Source: an uncultured bacterium
Lineage (GTDB): Bacteria > Bacillota_I > Bacilli_A > RFN20 > CAG-826
Assembly (NCBI GenBank): GCA_949293175.1
Contig: CASFCI010000005.1
Location: 2,170 to 66,169, forward strand
Length of the DNA: 64,000 bases
Reading direction: 5' to 3'
The notes beneath the pieces were generated by a model, which ran no database searches, was not told the origin of the DNA, and worked only from the letters and a program-made list of their open reading frames with translations. Position 1 is the stretch's first letter; each line of letters begins with the position of its first letter. Below, in pieces: positions 37,663 to 49,939 of the stretch. The position numbers were made by a program, and so were the translations under genes.

Positions 37663-38175
37663 GTGTCAGATAAATTGATCCGAAAAATCGCCCAAAACGG
37701 TATCGTTGCGGCGATTTATTTTTTGCTTTGCCTGCTTCTTCCGTTCCTTAGTTACGGAACATTGCAGATTAGAATTGCGGAGCTTTTGAATCTTCTTTGC
37801 TTTTTCCGCCCCGATTTCATAGTCGGGGTTACGCTGGGCTGCTTCTTGGCAAACCTGATGAGTACCCTTGGCTGGCCCGATATCCTAGTCGGCACCGGGG
37901 CGACTCTACTAAGCTGCATCCTGATAGCCTATGCGTCGAGATATCTCTTCATCGCGGCGCTTTACCCAATCGCGGTAAACGCGTTCGTTGTCGGGGCCGA
38001 GCTTTGCTGGCTGCTCGAGATACCTTGGTCGGAATATTGGTATCAGGCTGGCATGGTGGCGGCGGGGGAAGCCATCGCGATGGCGGTCGGCTACCTAATC
38101 TTCTTCCTTGCTAGGAAGAACAAGACTTTCTTCGGCGCGATAGCCCCCAGCCGCCATTACCCCTTTAAGTGCTGA
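37663..38175 (+). CDS. queT: QueT-family queuosine precursor transporter
   Basis: IVAAIY, SYGTLQIRIAELL, GVTLGCFLANL, DILVGT, VAAGE. Confidence 0.9.
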   Translation: MSDKLIRKIAQNGIVAAIYFLLCLLLPFLSYGTLQIRIAELLNLLCFFRPDFIVGVTLGCFLANLMSTLGWPDILVGTGATLLSCILIAYASRYLFIAALYPIAVNAFVVGAELCWLLEIPWSEYWYQAGMVAAGEAIAMAVGYLIFFLARKNKTFFGAIAPSRHYPFKC

Positions 38176-38189
38176 GCCCTAAAAAGTAG

Positions 38190-39329
<1,140 letters not shown>

Positions 39330-40391
39330 ATGGATATTGAATTGTTTGATTTCGACCTTCCCGAAGAGCTCATCGCCCAGTCGCCTATGAAGCAGCGCGA
39401 CATGTCGCGCCTGATGGTCATCGACCGCGAGCATAAGACATACGAGCATCGTCTTTTCAAGGACATCGTCGATTATCTTCGACCTGGCGATGTATTGGTG
39501 AGGAACAACACCAAGGTCATCCCCGCCAGGCTTATCGGCACCAAGGTAGAGACCGGTGGTCACTGTGAGGTTCTTTTGCTGAAACAACTTCCTTTGGTTG
39601 ACACTTGGGAGTGCCTAGTTGGCAACGCCCATTCCGTCAGGGAAGGAACCAATATAACCTTCGGCGATGGCTCTTTGACCTGCACCTGCGTCAAGGTGCT
39701 GGATGAAGGCATCCGCCACATGCAGTTCCATTACCAGGGGATCTTCCTTGAGGTGCTGGAGAGGCTTGGCAAGATGCCTCTTCCGCCTTACATCAAGAAG
39801 CAGATCGACGACAACGACGACTACCAGACCGTCTATGCCAAGGTCCCGGGCTCGGCCGCGGCCCCGACCGCCGGATTTCACTTCACTCCGGAGCTTTTCG
39901 AAAAGATTCAAAAGGTGGGAGTAGAAGTGGTCGACATCACCTTGAACATCGGTCTAGGAACCTTTAGGCCGGTGAAGGTCAAGGACACCAAAGACCACCA
40001 TATGCACACCGAGCTATGCGAGATGAGCGAGGAGGCGGCCGAGCGGCTCAACAAAGCCAAGGCCGAGCATCGCCGCATCATCGCCGTCGGCACGACATCG
40101 GTGAGGACGCTGGAGACCATATACGGCAAATACGGCACGTTTAAGGCCACCAGGGAGAACACCTCGATATTCATCTCCCCGGGATACGAATACAAAGCCG
40201 TCGATTGCCTGATAACCAATTTCCACCTGCCGAAGTCCACTTTGGTGATGCTCGTTTCGGCCTTCATGGGGCGCAAGTTCACCTTGGAATGCTATGCCGA
40301 GGCGGTGAAGCAGAGGTATCGCTTCTTCTCATTCGGGGACTCGATGTTCATCTATGGGAATTACGATTACCAGAAAGAAAAGGGAGAATGA
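39330..40391 (+). CDS. queA: S-adenosylmethionine:tRNA ribosyltransferase-isomerase
   Basis: [45 protein letters not shown]. Confidence 0.97.
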   Translation: MDIELFDFDLPEELIAQSPMKQRDMSRLMVIDREHKTYEHRLFKDIVDYLRPGDVLVRNNTKVIPARLIGTKVETGGHCEVLLLKQLPLVDTWECLVGNAHSVREGTNITFGDGSLTCTCVKVLDEGIRHMQFHYQGIFLEVLERLGKMPLPPYIKKQIDDNDDYQTVYAKVPGSAAAPTAGFHFTPELFEKIQKVGVEVVDITLNIGLGTFRPVKVKDTKDHHMHTELCEMSEEAAERLNKAKAEHRRIIAVGTTSVRTLETIYGKYGTFKATRENTSIFISPGYEYKAVDCLITNFHLPKSTLVMLVSAFMGRKFTLECYAEAVKQRYRFFSFGDSMFIYGNYDYQKEKGE

Positions 40392-41077
40392 ACCTCAAGA
40401 AGAGCCGTTTCTACGACTACTCGGTAAAGGAGATTGAGTCCCTTGGCGGGGAGAGGAAGCGCCTTTTGCTCCATGCCTGCTGCGGGCCGTGCTCTTGCTT
40501 CCCTTTGCTTTTCCTCTGCCCCCATTTCGACGTCACGATCTACTACGTCAACCCGAACATCTACCCCGAGCAGGAGTATAAGCGGAGGCTCGAGGAGCTG
40601 GTAAAGCTCCTTGGCTACGTCAAGCGCGACTACGGATACGACGTTTCTCTGGTCATCCCGCCGTATGAGCCTGAGCGATACCAGGAGCACATGAAACCCT
40701 ACGAAGGCATGAAGGAAGGCAGCGCCCGGTGCCTTGAATGCTACCGTTACCGAATGGAGCTGGCCTACCAGTACGCCGAGGACAACGACTTCGACTATTT
40801 CACGACCGTAATGACGATATCGCGCCAAAAAAGCTCTGAGGCCCTGAATGCAATAGGGCGAGAGCTTTCCGCGAAGCACCCGAAGGTCAAATACCTATAT
40901 TCGGATTTCAAACACAACAATGGCATCGACATCGGCAGGGAAATGAGAATCCACTATGGGCTCTACAACCAGCTTTACTGCGGCTGCCGGTCCAGTTTGT
41001 TAGAGGCCGAGCAAAGGCAGCGGAATTCCTGCTCGGAATCGCCGGCAGAAAAAGAAAATTTAGCCAATAAAAAATAA
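40388..41077 (+). CDS. queH: Epoxyqueuosine reductase QueH
   Basis: [27 protein letters not shown]; ATGA overlap with queA. Confidence 0.92.
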   Translation: MNLKKSRFYDYSVKEIESLGGERKRLLLHACCGPCSCFPLLFLCPHFDVTIYYVNPNIYPEQEYKRRLEELVKLLGYVKRDYGYDVSLVIPPYEPERYQEHMKPYEGMKEGSARCLECYRYRMELAYQYAEDNDFDYFTTVMTISRQKSSEALNAIGRELSAKHPKVKYLYSDFKHNNGIDIGREMRIHYGLYNQLYCGCRSSLLEAEQRQRNSCSESPAEKENLANKK

Positions 41078-41106
41078 ATAATTTGTGCACGACGCACAAC
41101 AAATTG

Positions 41107-41137
41107 AAAATGGTTCGATGGCATCGGACCATTTTTT
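41107..41137 (+). terminator. Intrinsic terminator after queH
   Basis: AAAATGGTTCGATG-g-CATCGGACCATTTT followed by further Ts. Confidence 0.7.
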
Positions 41138-41199
41138 GACCATTTGGCTCCGATTTGCCAAAAATTCAGATTTGATGGAAATATTTTTCGATTTTCGTG

Positions 41200-41228
41200 T
41201 TGACCTCTCATGCCCTCGCGCGTATTCT
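41200..41228 (+). promoter_or_regulatory. S10 operon promoter
   Basis: TTGACC-17-TATTCT. Confidence 0.7.
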
Positions 41229-41239
41229 TGTACACGCTG

Positions 41240-41325
41240 GCGCTTGCGACGAAGGACGAGGTTGCCGACACACCTACAGGCGTTGTCATGATTGGGTGGT
41301 CGGGGAATTCGCCTAGAGCAGACGC
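41240..41325 (+). ncRNA. Conserved rpsJ (S10 operon) leader RNA
   Basis: GCGACGAAG...GAGGTTGCCGACACACC...GGGTGGTCGG...GAGC resembles the structured Bacillota rpsJ leader as recalled from memory. Confidence 0.6.
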
Positions 41326-41359
41326 TCAGAAGCCTGAAAAAGTCATAGGAGGAACATTC

Positions 41360-41671
41360 ATGGCAAAAGAAAAAGCGATCCGTGTTCGCTTGCTCGCCTA
41401 CGATCACAAGCTCCTCGACCTCTGCGTTGAGAAGATCCTGAACGTTGCCGAGAAAACCGGAGCCGGCGTTAAGGGCCCAATCCCCTTGCCGACCGAGAAG
41501 CAGGTCTACACCATCTTGCGCGCTACCTTCAAATACAAGGATTCGCGTGAGCAGTTCGAGATCCGCACCCACAAGAGGCTGATCTACATCACCCACCCGC
41601 AGAAAGGGACCATCGATGCGCTAAGGAACCTCGATCTCCCCAGCGGCGTCGAGATTGACATCAAGTTATAA
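41360..41671 (+). CDS. rpsJ: 30S ribosomal protein S10
   Basis: [23 protein letters not shown]. Confidence 0.97.
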   Translation: MAKEKAIRVRLLAYDHKLLDLCVEKILNVAEKTGAGVKGPIPLPTEKQVYTILRATFKYKDSREQFEIRTHKRLIYITHPQKGTIDALRNLDLPSGVEIDIKL

Positions 41672-41685
41672 GGAGGACCTGATCA

Positions 41686-42369
41686 ATGAAATCCATAATC
41701 GGAAGGAAAATGGGCATGACCGAGGTCTTCGCCGCCGACGGGACCATGTACCCGGTCACCGTCGTGGAAGTCCTTCCAAACGTCGTGGTCGCCAAGAAGA
41801 CCATCGAGAAGGACGGATACGAAGCCATCCAGGTCGGCTATGAGGACAAGGCCGAGCGCCGCCTCAACAAGGCCGAGAAGGGCATCTACAAGAAGGCCGG
41901 CGTCGCCACCAAGGAACACCTATATGAGCTAAAGGGCGACGAGATCTACTCCAAGAACGTTGGAGAGACCATCACCTGCGACATCTTCAAGACCGGCGAG
42001 GTCTGCGATGTCATCGGCCACAACAAGGGCCACGGATACTCCGGCACCATCAAGAAGTACCACCACCACATCGGCCCGAAGGGACACGGCTCCGGCTATC
42101 ACCGCCAGATCGGCTCCCTCGCCAACAACGGACGTGACAACAACCGCGTCATCCCGGGCAAGAAGATGTCCGGCCACTGGGGACCCGAGCAGTGCACCGT
42201 TCAGAACTGCACCATCATCGAGTCCAACCCGGAGAAGGGCTACATCCTAGTCAAGGGCGGCCTCCCCGGACCGAAGAAGGCGATCGTCATGCTCCGCTCG
42301 CCCATCCGGAAGCAGTTCAAAACCCCCGAGGTCAAGCCGCTGGTTAGCCTCGAGAAGAAAGGAGAATAA
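41686..42369 (+). CDS. rplC: 50S ribosomal protein L3
   Basis: GRKMGMT, PVTVV, DGYEAIQVG, GKKMSG. Confidence 0.97.
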   Translation: MKSIIGRKMGMTEVFAADGTMYPVTVVEVLPNVVVAKKTIEKDGYEAIQVGYEDKAERRLNKAEKGIYKKAGVATKEHLYELKGDEIYSKNVGETITCDIFKTGEVCDVIGHNKGHGYSGTIKKYHHHIGPKGHGSGYHRQIGSLANNGRDNNRVIPGKKMSGHWGPEQCTVQNCTIIESNPEKGYILVKGGLPGPKKAIVMLRSPIRKQFKTPEVKPLVSLEKKGE

Positions 42370-42372
42370 ACC

Positions 42373-43008
42373 ATGGCTGAAAAGAAACTCAGCTTGAAGG
42401 TGGTCAATCTCAAAGGCGAGGACGCCGGCGAGATCGAAGTCTCCGCCTCGGTGTTCGCCGTCAAGAGCAACCCTCAGGTCATCAAGGACGCCGTCACCGT
42501 CTACCAGGCCAACCTTCGCCAAGCCACCGCGAAGACCAAGAAGCGCCATGAGGTCCATGGCACCAACAAGAAGCCCTGGCGCCAGAAGGGCACCGGCCGC
42601 GCCCGCGCCGGTGACTGCAAGTCGCCGATCTGGGTCGGAGGCGGAACCGTCTTCGGACCCGATGGGATGCAGAACTACAAGCTATCCCAGAACAAGAAAG
42701 CTCACAGCCTCGCCCTCCGCGGCGTGCTGTCTGAGAAAGTGGGGCACGGCCTGATCGTCGTCGACTCCCTTGCTCTAGACAAGGCTTCCACCAAGGACTT
42801 CGCCACCGCCCTTCAGGCCATCAAGGCCGAGGGCAAGACCCTAGTCGTCGTCGGGGAAGGCAACGACAACCTCGTCCTCTCCGCCCGGAACATCGCCTCG
42901 GTCGAGTTGGCCGAGACCTGGAACATCTCCGTCTATGACGTCTTGAATTGCGACAACCTCGTCGTTTCCAAAGACGACATCAAGAAAATCGAGGAGGCAC
43001 TGAAGTAA
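42373..43008 (+). CDS. rplD: 50S ribosomal protein L4
   Basis: [20 protein letters not shown]. Confidence 0.97.
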   Translation: MAEKKLSLKVVNLKGEDAGEIEVSASVFAVKSNPQVIKDAVTVYQANLRQATAKTKKRHEVHGTNKKPWRQKGTGRARAGDCKSPIWVGGGTVFGPDGMQNYKLSQNKKAHSLALRGVLSEKVGHGLIVVDSLALDKASTKDFATALQAIKAEGKTLVVVGEGNDNLVLSARNIASVELAETWNISVYDVLNCDNLVVSKDDIKKIEEALK

Positions 43009-43009
43009 T

Positions 43010-43357
43010 ATGGCAGACGAAAAGATCAAAGCCGAGAAGCCGGAAGCGAAGAAGTTCGCCGCCCCGACCCATCACGACTACGAAGTCATCGACGCCCCCC
43101 ACATCACCGAGAAGACCATGGCCTTGATGCAGAACGCCAACAAGGTCACCGTCAAGGTTGCCGATGGCGCCAACAAGATCGAGATCAAGGATGCCTTCCA
43201 GCGCATCTTCAAGGTCAAGGTCACCGACGTCAAGGTCATCAACCAGAGGGCTAAGACCACCACCCGCGGCTCCCGCTACAAAGGCACCATCTCCGGCTAC
43301 AAGAAAGCCGTTGTGACCATCGCCGAAGGGGAAGCCATCGACCTGTTCAAGGAGTAG
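43010..43357 (+). CDS. rplW: 50S ribosomal protein L23
   Basis: PHITEK, ANKIEIK, YKKAVVT. Confidence 0.96.
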   Translation: MADEKIKAEKPEAKKFAAPTHHDYEVIDAPHITEKTMALMQNANKVTVKVADGANKIEIKDAFQRIFKVKVTDVKVINQRAKTTTRGSRYKGTISGYKKAVVTIAEGEAIDLFKE

Positions 43358-43417
43358 GAAACCACCACCTATATAAATAAAGATATATAGGGAAGAGTCC
43401 AATATAGGAGAAAAGAA

Positions 43418-44254
43418 ATGGCTATCAGAACCTATCGTCCTTATACCAAGAGCCGTCGTTCCATGACGAACTCGACCTTCGAGGACATCACCAAATCTGC
43501 TCCTGAAAAATCGTTGCTCGCCCCCAAGAAGCACACCGGCGGGCGCAACAATCAGGGCAAGATCACCTGCCGCCACATCGGCGGTGGGAACAAGAACCGT
43601 TACCGCATCATCGACTTCCGCCGCCGCAAGGACGACATCCCCGCGACCGTGAAGGCGATCGAGTACGATCCCAACCGCAACGCCAACATCGCGCTCATCT
43701 GCTACGCTGATGGAGTCAAGAGCTACATCATCGAGCCGAAGGGCCTGAAGGTCGGCGACCAGGTCGTCTCCGGGGCCGCCACCGACATCAAGGTCGGCAA
43801 CTGCTGCGAACTGCAGAACATCCCCGAAGGTACCTTCGTCCACAACCTCGAGCTGCAGCCGGGCAAAGGCGCTCAGATGTGCCGCGCCGCCGGCACCTCC
43901 GCTCAGGTGCTCGGCCTCGATGGCAACTACGTCATCGTCCGCCTCGCCTCGACCGAGATGAGGAAGCTCCTCAAGAACTGCCGCGCCACCATCGGCGTCG
44001 TCGGCAACGAGGACTTCAACCTAATCAACATGGGCAAAGCCGGCAAGTCCCGCTGGAAGGGCGTTCGCCCGACCGTCCGCGGCTCGGCCATGAACCCGAA
44101 CGACCACCCGCACGGCGGCGGCGAGGGCAAATGCCCCGTCGGACGCGATGCGCCGCGCTCCCCGTGGGGCAAGCGCACCCAAGGCGTCAAGACCCGCCAC
44201 GTCAAGAAGAACTCGACCCGCCTCATCATCAGGCGCAAGTCGGATAAGAAGTAA
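43418..44254 (+). CDS. rplB: 50S ribosomal protein L2
   Basis: [28 protein letters not shown]. Confidence 0.98.
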   Translation: MAIRTYRPYTKSRRSMTNSTFEDITKSAPEKSLLAPKKHTGGRNNQGKITCRHIGGGNKNRYRIIDFRRRKDDIPATVKAIEYDPNRNANIALICYADGVKSYIIEPKGLKVGDQVVSGAATDIKVGNCCELQNIPEGTFVHNLELQPGKGAQMCRAAGTSAQVLGLDGNYVIVRLASTEMRKLLKNCRATIGVVGNEDFNLINMGKAGKSRWKGVRPTVRGSAMNPNDHPHGGGEGKCPVGRDAPRSPWGKRTQGVKTRHVKKNSTRLIIRRKSDKK

Positions 44255-44268
44255 GGAGGAGATAGAAC

Positions 44269-44556
44269 ATGTCTCGTTCGCTTAAGAAAGCCCCGTTCGT
44301 GGATGAGTACCTTCTCAAGAAGGTCGAAGCTCTCCGCGCTTCCGGGAAGAAAGAGATCATCAAGACTTGGTCTCGCCGCTCGACAATCTATCCCGCCTTC
44401 GTCGAGCAGACCTTCGCCGTCTACAACGGCCACGAGCACATCACCGTGTACGTGACTGAGGATATGGTCGGCCACAAGCTAGGCGAGTTCGCCCCGACCC
44501 GGACCTTCCCGGGCCACCATGGCAACAACGCCGGCGACCAGGCCGCTAAGAAATAA
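44269..44556 (+). CDS. rpsS: 30S ribosomal protein S19
   Basis: [21 protein letters not shown]. Confidence 0.98.
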   Translation: MSRSLKKAPFVDEYLLKKVEALRASGKKEIIKTWSRRSTIYPAFVEQTFAVYNGHEHITVYVTEDMVGHKLGEFAPTRTFPGHHGNNAGDQAAKK

Positions 44557-44569
44557 GGAGTCCTAGAAC

Positions 44570-45190
44570 ATGGCTAACGAAGAAAAGAAGACCGTGAAGA
44601 AGGCCCCCGCGAAGAAAACCGCGACCAAGACCGCAGCCAAGTCCACCAAGACCGCTGCGAAGAAGACCACCAAGGCCAGCAAGCCCGAGGTCAAGGAAGA
44701 GGTGAAGGCCGAAGAGGTCGCCACCCCCGCCGCCCCGGCCACCAAGAAGGAAGCCAAAGCCGCCGCCAAGGCCGCCAAGGCTGAGGCCAAGGTTGCCAAG
44801 AAAGCCGCCAAAGAGGCCGCGAAAGCCGAGCCGGTTGAGCAGAAAGCCAAACCGACCAGCGCCCGCTGCTTCGTCCGCGACATCCGCATCACCCCGCGCA
44901 AGGTCAGGCTCGTCGCCGACCTCGTCAGGGGCAAGTCGGTCTCCGATGCCCTCGGCATCCTAGCCCGCACCAACCGCGTCGCCGCGACCCCGGTGGCCAA
45001 GGCCATCAAGAGCGCCGCTGCCAACGCGACCAACAACTTCGAGATGGAAGCCAGCTTGCTCTACGTCGCCGAGATCCAGGTCTCGGATGGCCTCAAGATC
45101 AAGCGGTTCATCCCGCGGGCCAAAGGCTCTGCCTCGCCCATCATCAAGCGCAACGCCAACCTAACCGTGGTCGTTGCCGAAAGGAAGTAA
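44570..45190 (+). CDS. rplV: 50S ribosomal protein L22 with ~95 aa Lys/Ala-rich N-terminal extension
   Basis: RITPRKVRLVADLVRG, SAAANATNN, PRAKG; AAGGAG SD before 44570. Confidence 0.95.
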   Translation: MANEEKKTVKKAPAKKTATKTAAKSTKTAAKKTTKASKPEVKEEVKAEEVATPAAPATKKEAKAAAKAAKAEAKVAKKAAKEAAKAEPVEQKAKPTSARCFVRDIRITPRKVRLVADLVRGKSVSDALGILARTNRVAATPVAKAIKSAAANATNNFEMEASLLYVAEIQVSDGLKIKRFIPRAKGSASPIIKRNANLTVVVAERK

Positions 45191-45195
45191 GGAAC

Positions 45196-45963
45196 ATGGG
45201 ACACAAAGTCAATGCAGTCGGAATGCGCATCGGCGTCAACCGCGACTGGAATTCCAAATGGTTCGCTTCCAAGGCGGATTTCTCCTCCTTCCTCATCGAG
45301 GACATCAAGATCCGCCGCTACCTCGACAAGGAACTGAAGACCGCCGCCCTCTCCCACATCGTCATCGGCCGCGTCAAGACCGATAAGGGCCACAACATCA
45401 CCGTCAAGGTCTATGTTGCCCGCCCGGGCGAGGTGCTAGGGCAAGATGGCACCAACGTCGCCCGCCTCCGCGGCGAGCTGACCAAGCTCCTCAACGTCGA
45501 CACCGAGAAGGACAAGCTCTCGCTCAACGTCGTCGAGGTCCTTAACCCCGACCTAGATGCCACCCTCATCGCGAAGTGGGTCGCCGGCGAGCTAGAGAAC
45601 CGCGCCGCCTTCCGCTCCACCATGAAGAAGGCCATCCAGCGCATGAGGAAAGCCGGCGCCAAGGGATGCAAGATCCAGTGCTCCGGCCGTCTCGGAGGCG
45701 CTGAGATCGCCAGGACCGAAGGCTACAAGGAGGGCGTCGTCCCCCTGCACACCATCCGCGCCGACATCGACTTCGCCCACGTCGACGCCGCCACCACCTA
45801 CGGCCGCATCGGCGTCAAGGTGTGGATCTGCCGCTCCCTATCGAAGATCGGCACCGAAGAAGTCAACGAGCCCGCCCCGCGCGATTCCCGTCCTAGCCAC
45901 GGCGATCGCCGTCGCCCGGCCCCCAAAGGAGGCATGAACAATGCTGCAACCAAAGCGCGTTAA
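45196..45963 (+). CDS. rpsC: 30S ribosomal protein S3
   Basis: [31 protein letters not shown]. Confidence 0.98.
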   Translation: MGHKVNAVGMRIGVNRDWNSKWFASKADFSSFLIEDIKIRRYLDKELKTAALSHIVIGRVKTDKGHNITVKVYVARPGEVLGQDGTNVARLRGELTKLLNVDTEKDKLSLNVVEVLNPDLDATLIAKWVAGELENRAAFRSTMKKAIQRMRKAGAKGCKIQCSGRLGGAEIARTEGYKEGVVPLHTIRADIDFAHVDAATTYGRIGVKVWICRSLSKIGTEEVNEPAPRDSRPSHGDRRRPAPKGGMNNAATKAR

Positions 45964-46507
45964 ATACCGTCGCCCCCACGGGCTTAAGTACGAGGGCCGC
46001 GCCAAGGCCGGAACCTCCGTCGAATTCGGAGAGTACGGACTAGCCGCCCTAGAGGGCAACTACATCACCGACCACCAGATCGAGGCCGCCCGTATCGTGC
46101 TCGCACGCTACACCGACCGCGCTGGCAAGGTCTGGATCAGGATCTTCCCGCATCTAGCCAAGACCAAGAAGCCCGCCGAAGTCCGAATGGGTTCCGGCAA
46201 AGGCTCCCCCGAAGGCTGGGTGGCCGTCGTCAAGAAGGGAATGGTCATGTTCGAGATCGGCGGAATCGACCCCGCCAAGGCGCAGCGCGCCCTTCAGCTT
46301 GCCGGATACAAACTCCCGGTCAAGACCAAAGTCGTCAAGCGCACCAAGGCCCTCTCCAATGAGGAACTCCTCAAGATGGAAGAGGCCCACGAGTCCTCGC
46401 TAGAGGCCATTGAGGCCGAGGACCAGATCAAGGTCGAGACCGTGGCTGACACCGGCAACGATGCCGCTGCCACCCCGGATGCAGCCGAGACCAAGGAGGC
46501 CAAGTAA
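45941..46507 (+). CDS. rplP: 50S ribosomal protein L16 with acidic C-terminal extension
   Basis: [19 protein letters not shown]. Confidence 0.97.
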   Translation: MLQPKRVKYRRPHGLKYEGRAKAGTSVEFGEYGLAALEGNYITDHQIEAARIVLARYTDRAGKVWIRIFPHLAKTKKPAEVRMGSGKGSPEGWVAVVKKGMVMFEIGGIDPAKAQRALQLAGYKLPVKTKVVKRTKALSNEELLKMEEAHESSLEAIEAEDQIKVETVADTGNDAAATPDAAETKEAK

Positions 46508-46707
46508 TGGAAGCCAAAGAATTCCGCGAACTTACCTCGGAAGAGCTCGACAGGAAGATATACGAGCTCAAGGAAGAGCTCTTCGAGCTTCGCCGCAAGA
46601 AGGCGGTGGGGCAACTAGAGCATGGCGAGCAGGTCCGCCTAGTCAGGAAGGACCTCGCCAAAGCCGAGACCGTCAAGCGTCAGAAGGCGCTTGGCATCGC
46701 CAAGTAG
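46507..46707 (+). CDS. rpmC: 50S ribosomal protein L29
   Basis: [18 protein letters not shown]. Confidence 0.95.
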   Translation: MEAKEFRELTSEELDRKIYELKEELFELRRKKAVGQLEHGEQVRLVRKDLAKAETVKRQKALGIAK

Positions 46708-46723
46708 AGAAGGAGAACAGGAT

Positions 46724-47074
46724 ATGGAAAGAAATCATCGGACCACTGTCCAGGGCGTCGTCACATCCGTGAAGATGAGCAAGACGATCGTCGTCACCGT
46801 CTCCACCGAGCGCAATGACCCCATCTATCAGAAGCGCGTTGGCTACTCTAAGAAGTACTACGCCCATGATGAGAACAACGAGGCCGCCGTCGGCGACACC
46901 GTCACCATCATGGCCTGCCGCCCGCTTTCCAAGCTGAAGAGGTACCGCCTCGTCAGCGTCGACAAGCACGCCACTCTAGCCCAGACCGCCGCGGAAGCGG
47001 AGGAAGCGCTGGAGGCCAGCGAGGGTTCGGCCGCCGAGGTCGCCCCTGAAGCGGAAGCCAAGGAGGGCGAATAA
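46724..47074 (+). CDS. rpsQ: 30S ribosomal protein S17 with acidic C-terminal extension
   Basis: [26 protein letters not shown]. Confidence 0.96.
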   Translation: MERNHRTTVQGVVTSVKMSKTIVVTVSTERNDPIYQKRVGYSKKYYAHDENNEAAVGDTVTIMACRPLSKLKRYRLVSVDKHATLAQTAAEAEEALEASEGSAAEVAPEAEAKEGE

Positions 47075-47442
47075 TGATCCACAACGAAACCAACCTTGTG
47101 GTCGCCGACAACTCCGGCGCCCGCTCCGTCAGGGTCTTCCGCCTCTATGGCGGATCCCACCGCAAGACCTCTTCCATCGGCGACGTCGTGCTATGCGCCG
47201 TCAAGGATGCCATCCCCAACGGGAAGGTCAAGAAGAGCGACGTCGTCAAGGGCGTCATCGTCCGCGTCAAGCACCCCGTGCAGCGCAAGGACGGCTCGAC
47301 CATCGCCTTCGACGACAATGCCATCGTCTTGATCGACAACGACGGCAACCCCATCGGGACCCGCGTCTTCGGGCCTGTCGCCCGTGAGCTCCGCGACCGC
47401 GGATACATGAAGATCATCTCGCTCGCCATCGAGGTGCTATAA
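47074..47442 (+). CDS. rplN: 50S ribosomal protein L14
   Basis: [20 protein letters not shown]. Confidence 0.98.
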   Translation: MIHNETNLVVADNSGARSVRVFRLYGGSHRKTSSIGDVVLCAVKDAIPNGKVKKSDVVKGVIVRVKHPVQRKDGSTIAFDDNAIVLIDNDGNPIGTRVFGPVARELRDRGYMKIISLAIEVL

Positions 47443-47453
47443 GGAGAAGGGAT

Positions 47454-47762
47454 ATGAACATCAAAAAAGGTGATAAAGTCATCGTCATCTCCGGCGCCGA
47501 CAAAGGCAAGGAGGGGACCGTTCAGAGGGTCTACCCGAAGCTGAACAAAGTCGTCGTTGAGGGAGTCAACGTCCACAAGAAGCACAAGAAGCCGACTCAG
47601 GCCGTCCCCGAGGGATCGGTCGTCGAGGTCTATGTGCCCTTCGATGCGTCCAACGTCGCCCTCATCGATCCCAAGACCAAGAAGCCGACCCGCGTCCACA
47701 TGGGCGTGGTCAACGGCAAGAAGGTTCGCCTGGCCAAGTCCGGCGAGCCGCTAGATAAGTAA
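47454..47762 (+). CDS. rplX: 50S ribosomal protein L24
   Basis: IKKGDKV, VVVEGVN, SNVAL. Confidence 0.97.
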   Translation: MNIKKGDKVIVISGADKGKEGTVQRVYPKLNKVVVEGVNVHKKHKKPTQAVPEGSVVEVYVPFDASNVALIDPKTKKPTRVHMGVVNGKKVRLAKSGEPLDK

Positions 47763-47775
47763 GGAGGAAGCCAAA

Positions 47776-48378
47776 ATGGCAGAAACTAAGAAAAAAGCCG
47801 TCAAGGCGGCCCCCGAAGCTGCCTCCGAAGGCAAGTACGTCAACCGCCTCCAGGCCAAGTACAAGGACGAGATCGTCCCCGCCTTGGTCAAGGAGTTCGG
47901 CTACACGACCATCATGCAGGCCCCGCGCCTTGAGAAGATCGTCATCAACATCGGCGTCGGCGACGCAACCGCCAACGCCAAGGCCCTAGATGACGCGGTC
48001 AACGACCTCACCATCATCTCCGGACAGAAGCCGGTCGTCACCAAGGCCAAGAAGTCCATCGCGACCTTCAAGGTCCGCGAGGGCCAGGCCATCGGGTGCA
48101 AGGTCACCCTCCGCGGCGTCAGGATGTATGAGTTCCTCGACAAGCTCGTCTCGATCGCCCTCCCCCGCGTCCGCGACTTCCGCGGCGTGAGCCGGAACGC
48201 CTTCGACGGGCACGGAAACTACACCCTCGGCGTCAAGGAGCAGCTGATCTTCCCGGAGATCGACTACGATAAGATCGCCAAGGTCCGCGGCATGGACGTC
48301 GTCATCGTCACCACCGCCCGCACCGACAAGGAGGCGGCATCCCTGCTCGAGAAGCTCGGCATGCCCTTCAGGAAATAA
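47776..48378 (+). CDS. rplE: 50S ribosomal protein L5
   Basis: [26 protein letters not shown]. Confidence 0.98.
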   Translation: MAETKKKAVKAAPEAASEGKYVNRLQAKYKDEIVPALVKEFGYTTIMQAPRLEKIVINIGVGDATANAKALDDAVNDLTIISGQKPVVTKAKKSIATFKVREGQAIGCKVTLRGVRMYEFLDKLVSIALPRVRDFRGVSRNAFDGHGNYTLGVKEQLIFPEIDYDKIAKVRGMDVVIVTTARTDKEAASLLEKLGMPFRK

Positions 48379-48390
48379 GGAGCTTCAACA

Positions 48391-48576
48391 ATGGCTAAGA
48401 AAAGCTTGATCATAAAAGAGCAGCGGACCCCGAAGTTCTCTACCCGCGCCTACACCCGTTGCAAGCGCTGCGGCCGTCCCCACGGCGTCATCCGCCGCTT
48501 CGGGCTATGCCGCATCTGCCTCCGCGAGCTCGCCTACAAGGGCGAGATCCCGGGCATGAAGAAGGCCAGCTGGTAA
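48391..48576 (+). CDS. rpsN: 30S ribosomal protein S14 (zinc-binding type Z)
   Basis: RCKRCGR...CRICLRE...KASW. Confidence 0.97.
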   Translation: MAKKSLIIKEQRTPKFSTRAYTRCKRCGRPHGVIRRFGLCRICLRELAYKGEIPGMKKASW

Positions 48577-48593
48577 AGGAAAGGAGAGAGAAA

Positions 48594-48989
48594 ATGAACG
48601 CAGATCCAATCGCTGATATGCTCACTCGCATCCGCAACGCGAACAAGTTGCGCTACGAGGCGGTCTCCCTCCCCTCTTCCAAAATGAAGGAAGGGATCGC
48701 CGAGATCCTCAAGAAGGAAGGATTCATCGAATCGTTCCAAGTCGAGGACAATTCCGGCAAGAAGACGCTCACCATCGCCCTCAAGTACTCCTCCACCGGG
48801 GAGCGCGTCATCACTGGGCTGAAGCGCGTCTCCAAGCCTGGCCTCCGCAGGTACGCCGAGGCCGACAAGATCCCAAGCGTCCTCAAGGGCCTTGGAATCG
48901 CCATCGTATCCACCCCCAACGGACTGCTCACCGACAAGGAGGCCCGCAAGGCCCACGTCGGCGGGGAAGTCCTCTGCTACATCTGGTAA
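48594..48989 (+). CDS. rpsH: 30S ribosomal protein S8
   Basis: [28 protein letters not shown]. Confidence 0.98.
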   Translation: MNADPIADMLTRIRNANKLRYEAVSLPSSKMKEGIAEILKKEGFIESFQVEDNSGKKTLTIALKYSSTGERVITGLKRVSKPGLRRYAEADKIPSVLKGLGIAIVSTPNGLLTDKEARKAHVGGEVLCYIW

Positions 48990-49004
48990 TAAGGAGGAAA
49001 GAAA

Positions 49005-49556
49005 ATGTCACGTATCGGATTCAAACCCGTAGTCCTTCCTTCTGGCGTCTCCGTTGAAGTCAAAGACGGGGAAGTCGTCGTCAAAGGAGCCAAAGGCGAA
49101 TTAAGCGTTGCCATCCCGGCCAACGTCAGCGTCGAGGTCAAAGACGGCGAGTTGCTCTGCCACCGCGCTGGAGAGGAACAGAAAGACCTCGAGATGCACG
49201 GAACCACCAGGGCAAACCTGCACAATGCCGTCGTCGGGGTCTCCGAGGGCTTCAAGAAGGAGCTCGAGATCTCCGGCATCGGCTACCGCTGCGCCATGCG
49301 CGGCACCGACCTGGTCCTCAACGTCGGGTTCTCCCACGAAGTCGTCCTGCACCCCCTCGAGGGCGTCAAGGTGACCACTCCGGACGAGACCCACATCGTC
49401 GTCGAGGGCATCGACAAGCAGAAGGTCGGCCAGACCGCCGCCCTCATCCATGACACCAAGCGTCCTGAGCCGTATGGCGGAAAGGGCATCAAGTACAAGG
49501 GTGAGGTCATAATCCGCAAGGAAGGCAAGCGCGCCTCCGCCGGCGGCAAGAAGTAA
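49005..49556 (+). CDS. rplF: 50S ribosomal protein L6
   Basis: MSRIG, HGTTRA, PEPYGGKGIKY. Confidence 0.98.
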   Translation: MSRIGFKPVVLPSGVSVEVKDGEVVVKGAKGELSVAIPANVSVEVKDGELLCHRAGEEQKDLEMHGTTRANLHNAVVGVSEGFKKELEISGIGYRCAMRGTDLVLNVGFSHEVVLHPLEGVKVTTPDETHIVVEGIDKQKVGQTAALIHDTKRPEPYGGKGIKYKGEVIIRKEGKRASAGGKK

Positions 49557-49571
49557 AGGAGCGTGTAAGTC

Positions 49572-49928
49572 ATGATCGCAAAAGAAAGCAGAAACAGCGT
49601 CCGCGTCCGTCGCCACCTCCGTGTGCGCGAGAAGGTCCACGGCACTTCATCCAAGCCACGTCTATGCGTCTTCCGCTCCAACAAGCACATCGAAGCGCAG
49701 ATAATAGACGACGAGAAGGGAATCACCCTAGCCTCGTCCTCGTCCACCCAGCTGAAGCTCGCCAACGGCGGCAACTGCGAAGCGGCTGCCAAAGTCGGCG
49801 AAGACCTCGCCAAGAAAGCCCTCGCCAAAGGCATTGAGGAAGTCGTGTTCGACCGCGGCGGTTACATCTACCACGGCCGCGTGGCTGCCCTCGCCGAAGC
49901 GGCCAGGGAGAACGGGCTCAAGTTCTAA
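49572..49928 (+). CDS. rplR: 50S ribosomal protein L18
   Basis: [24 protein letters not shown]. Confidence 0.98.
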   Translation: MIAKESRNSVRVRRHLRVREKVHGTSSKPRLCVFRSNKHIEAQIIDDEKGITLASSSSTQLKLANGGNCEAAAKVGEDLAKKALAKGIEEVVFDRGGYIYHGRVAALAEAARENGLKF

Positions 49929-49939
49929 GGAGACAGAAA

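Noticed and set aside
41083-41099. TTGTGC-acgac-GCACAA as a Rex operator
   Set aside because: 17 bp rather than 18, lacks the AT-rich core, and lies at a gene 3' end upstream of a terminator
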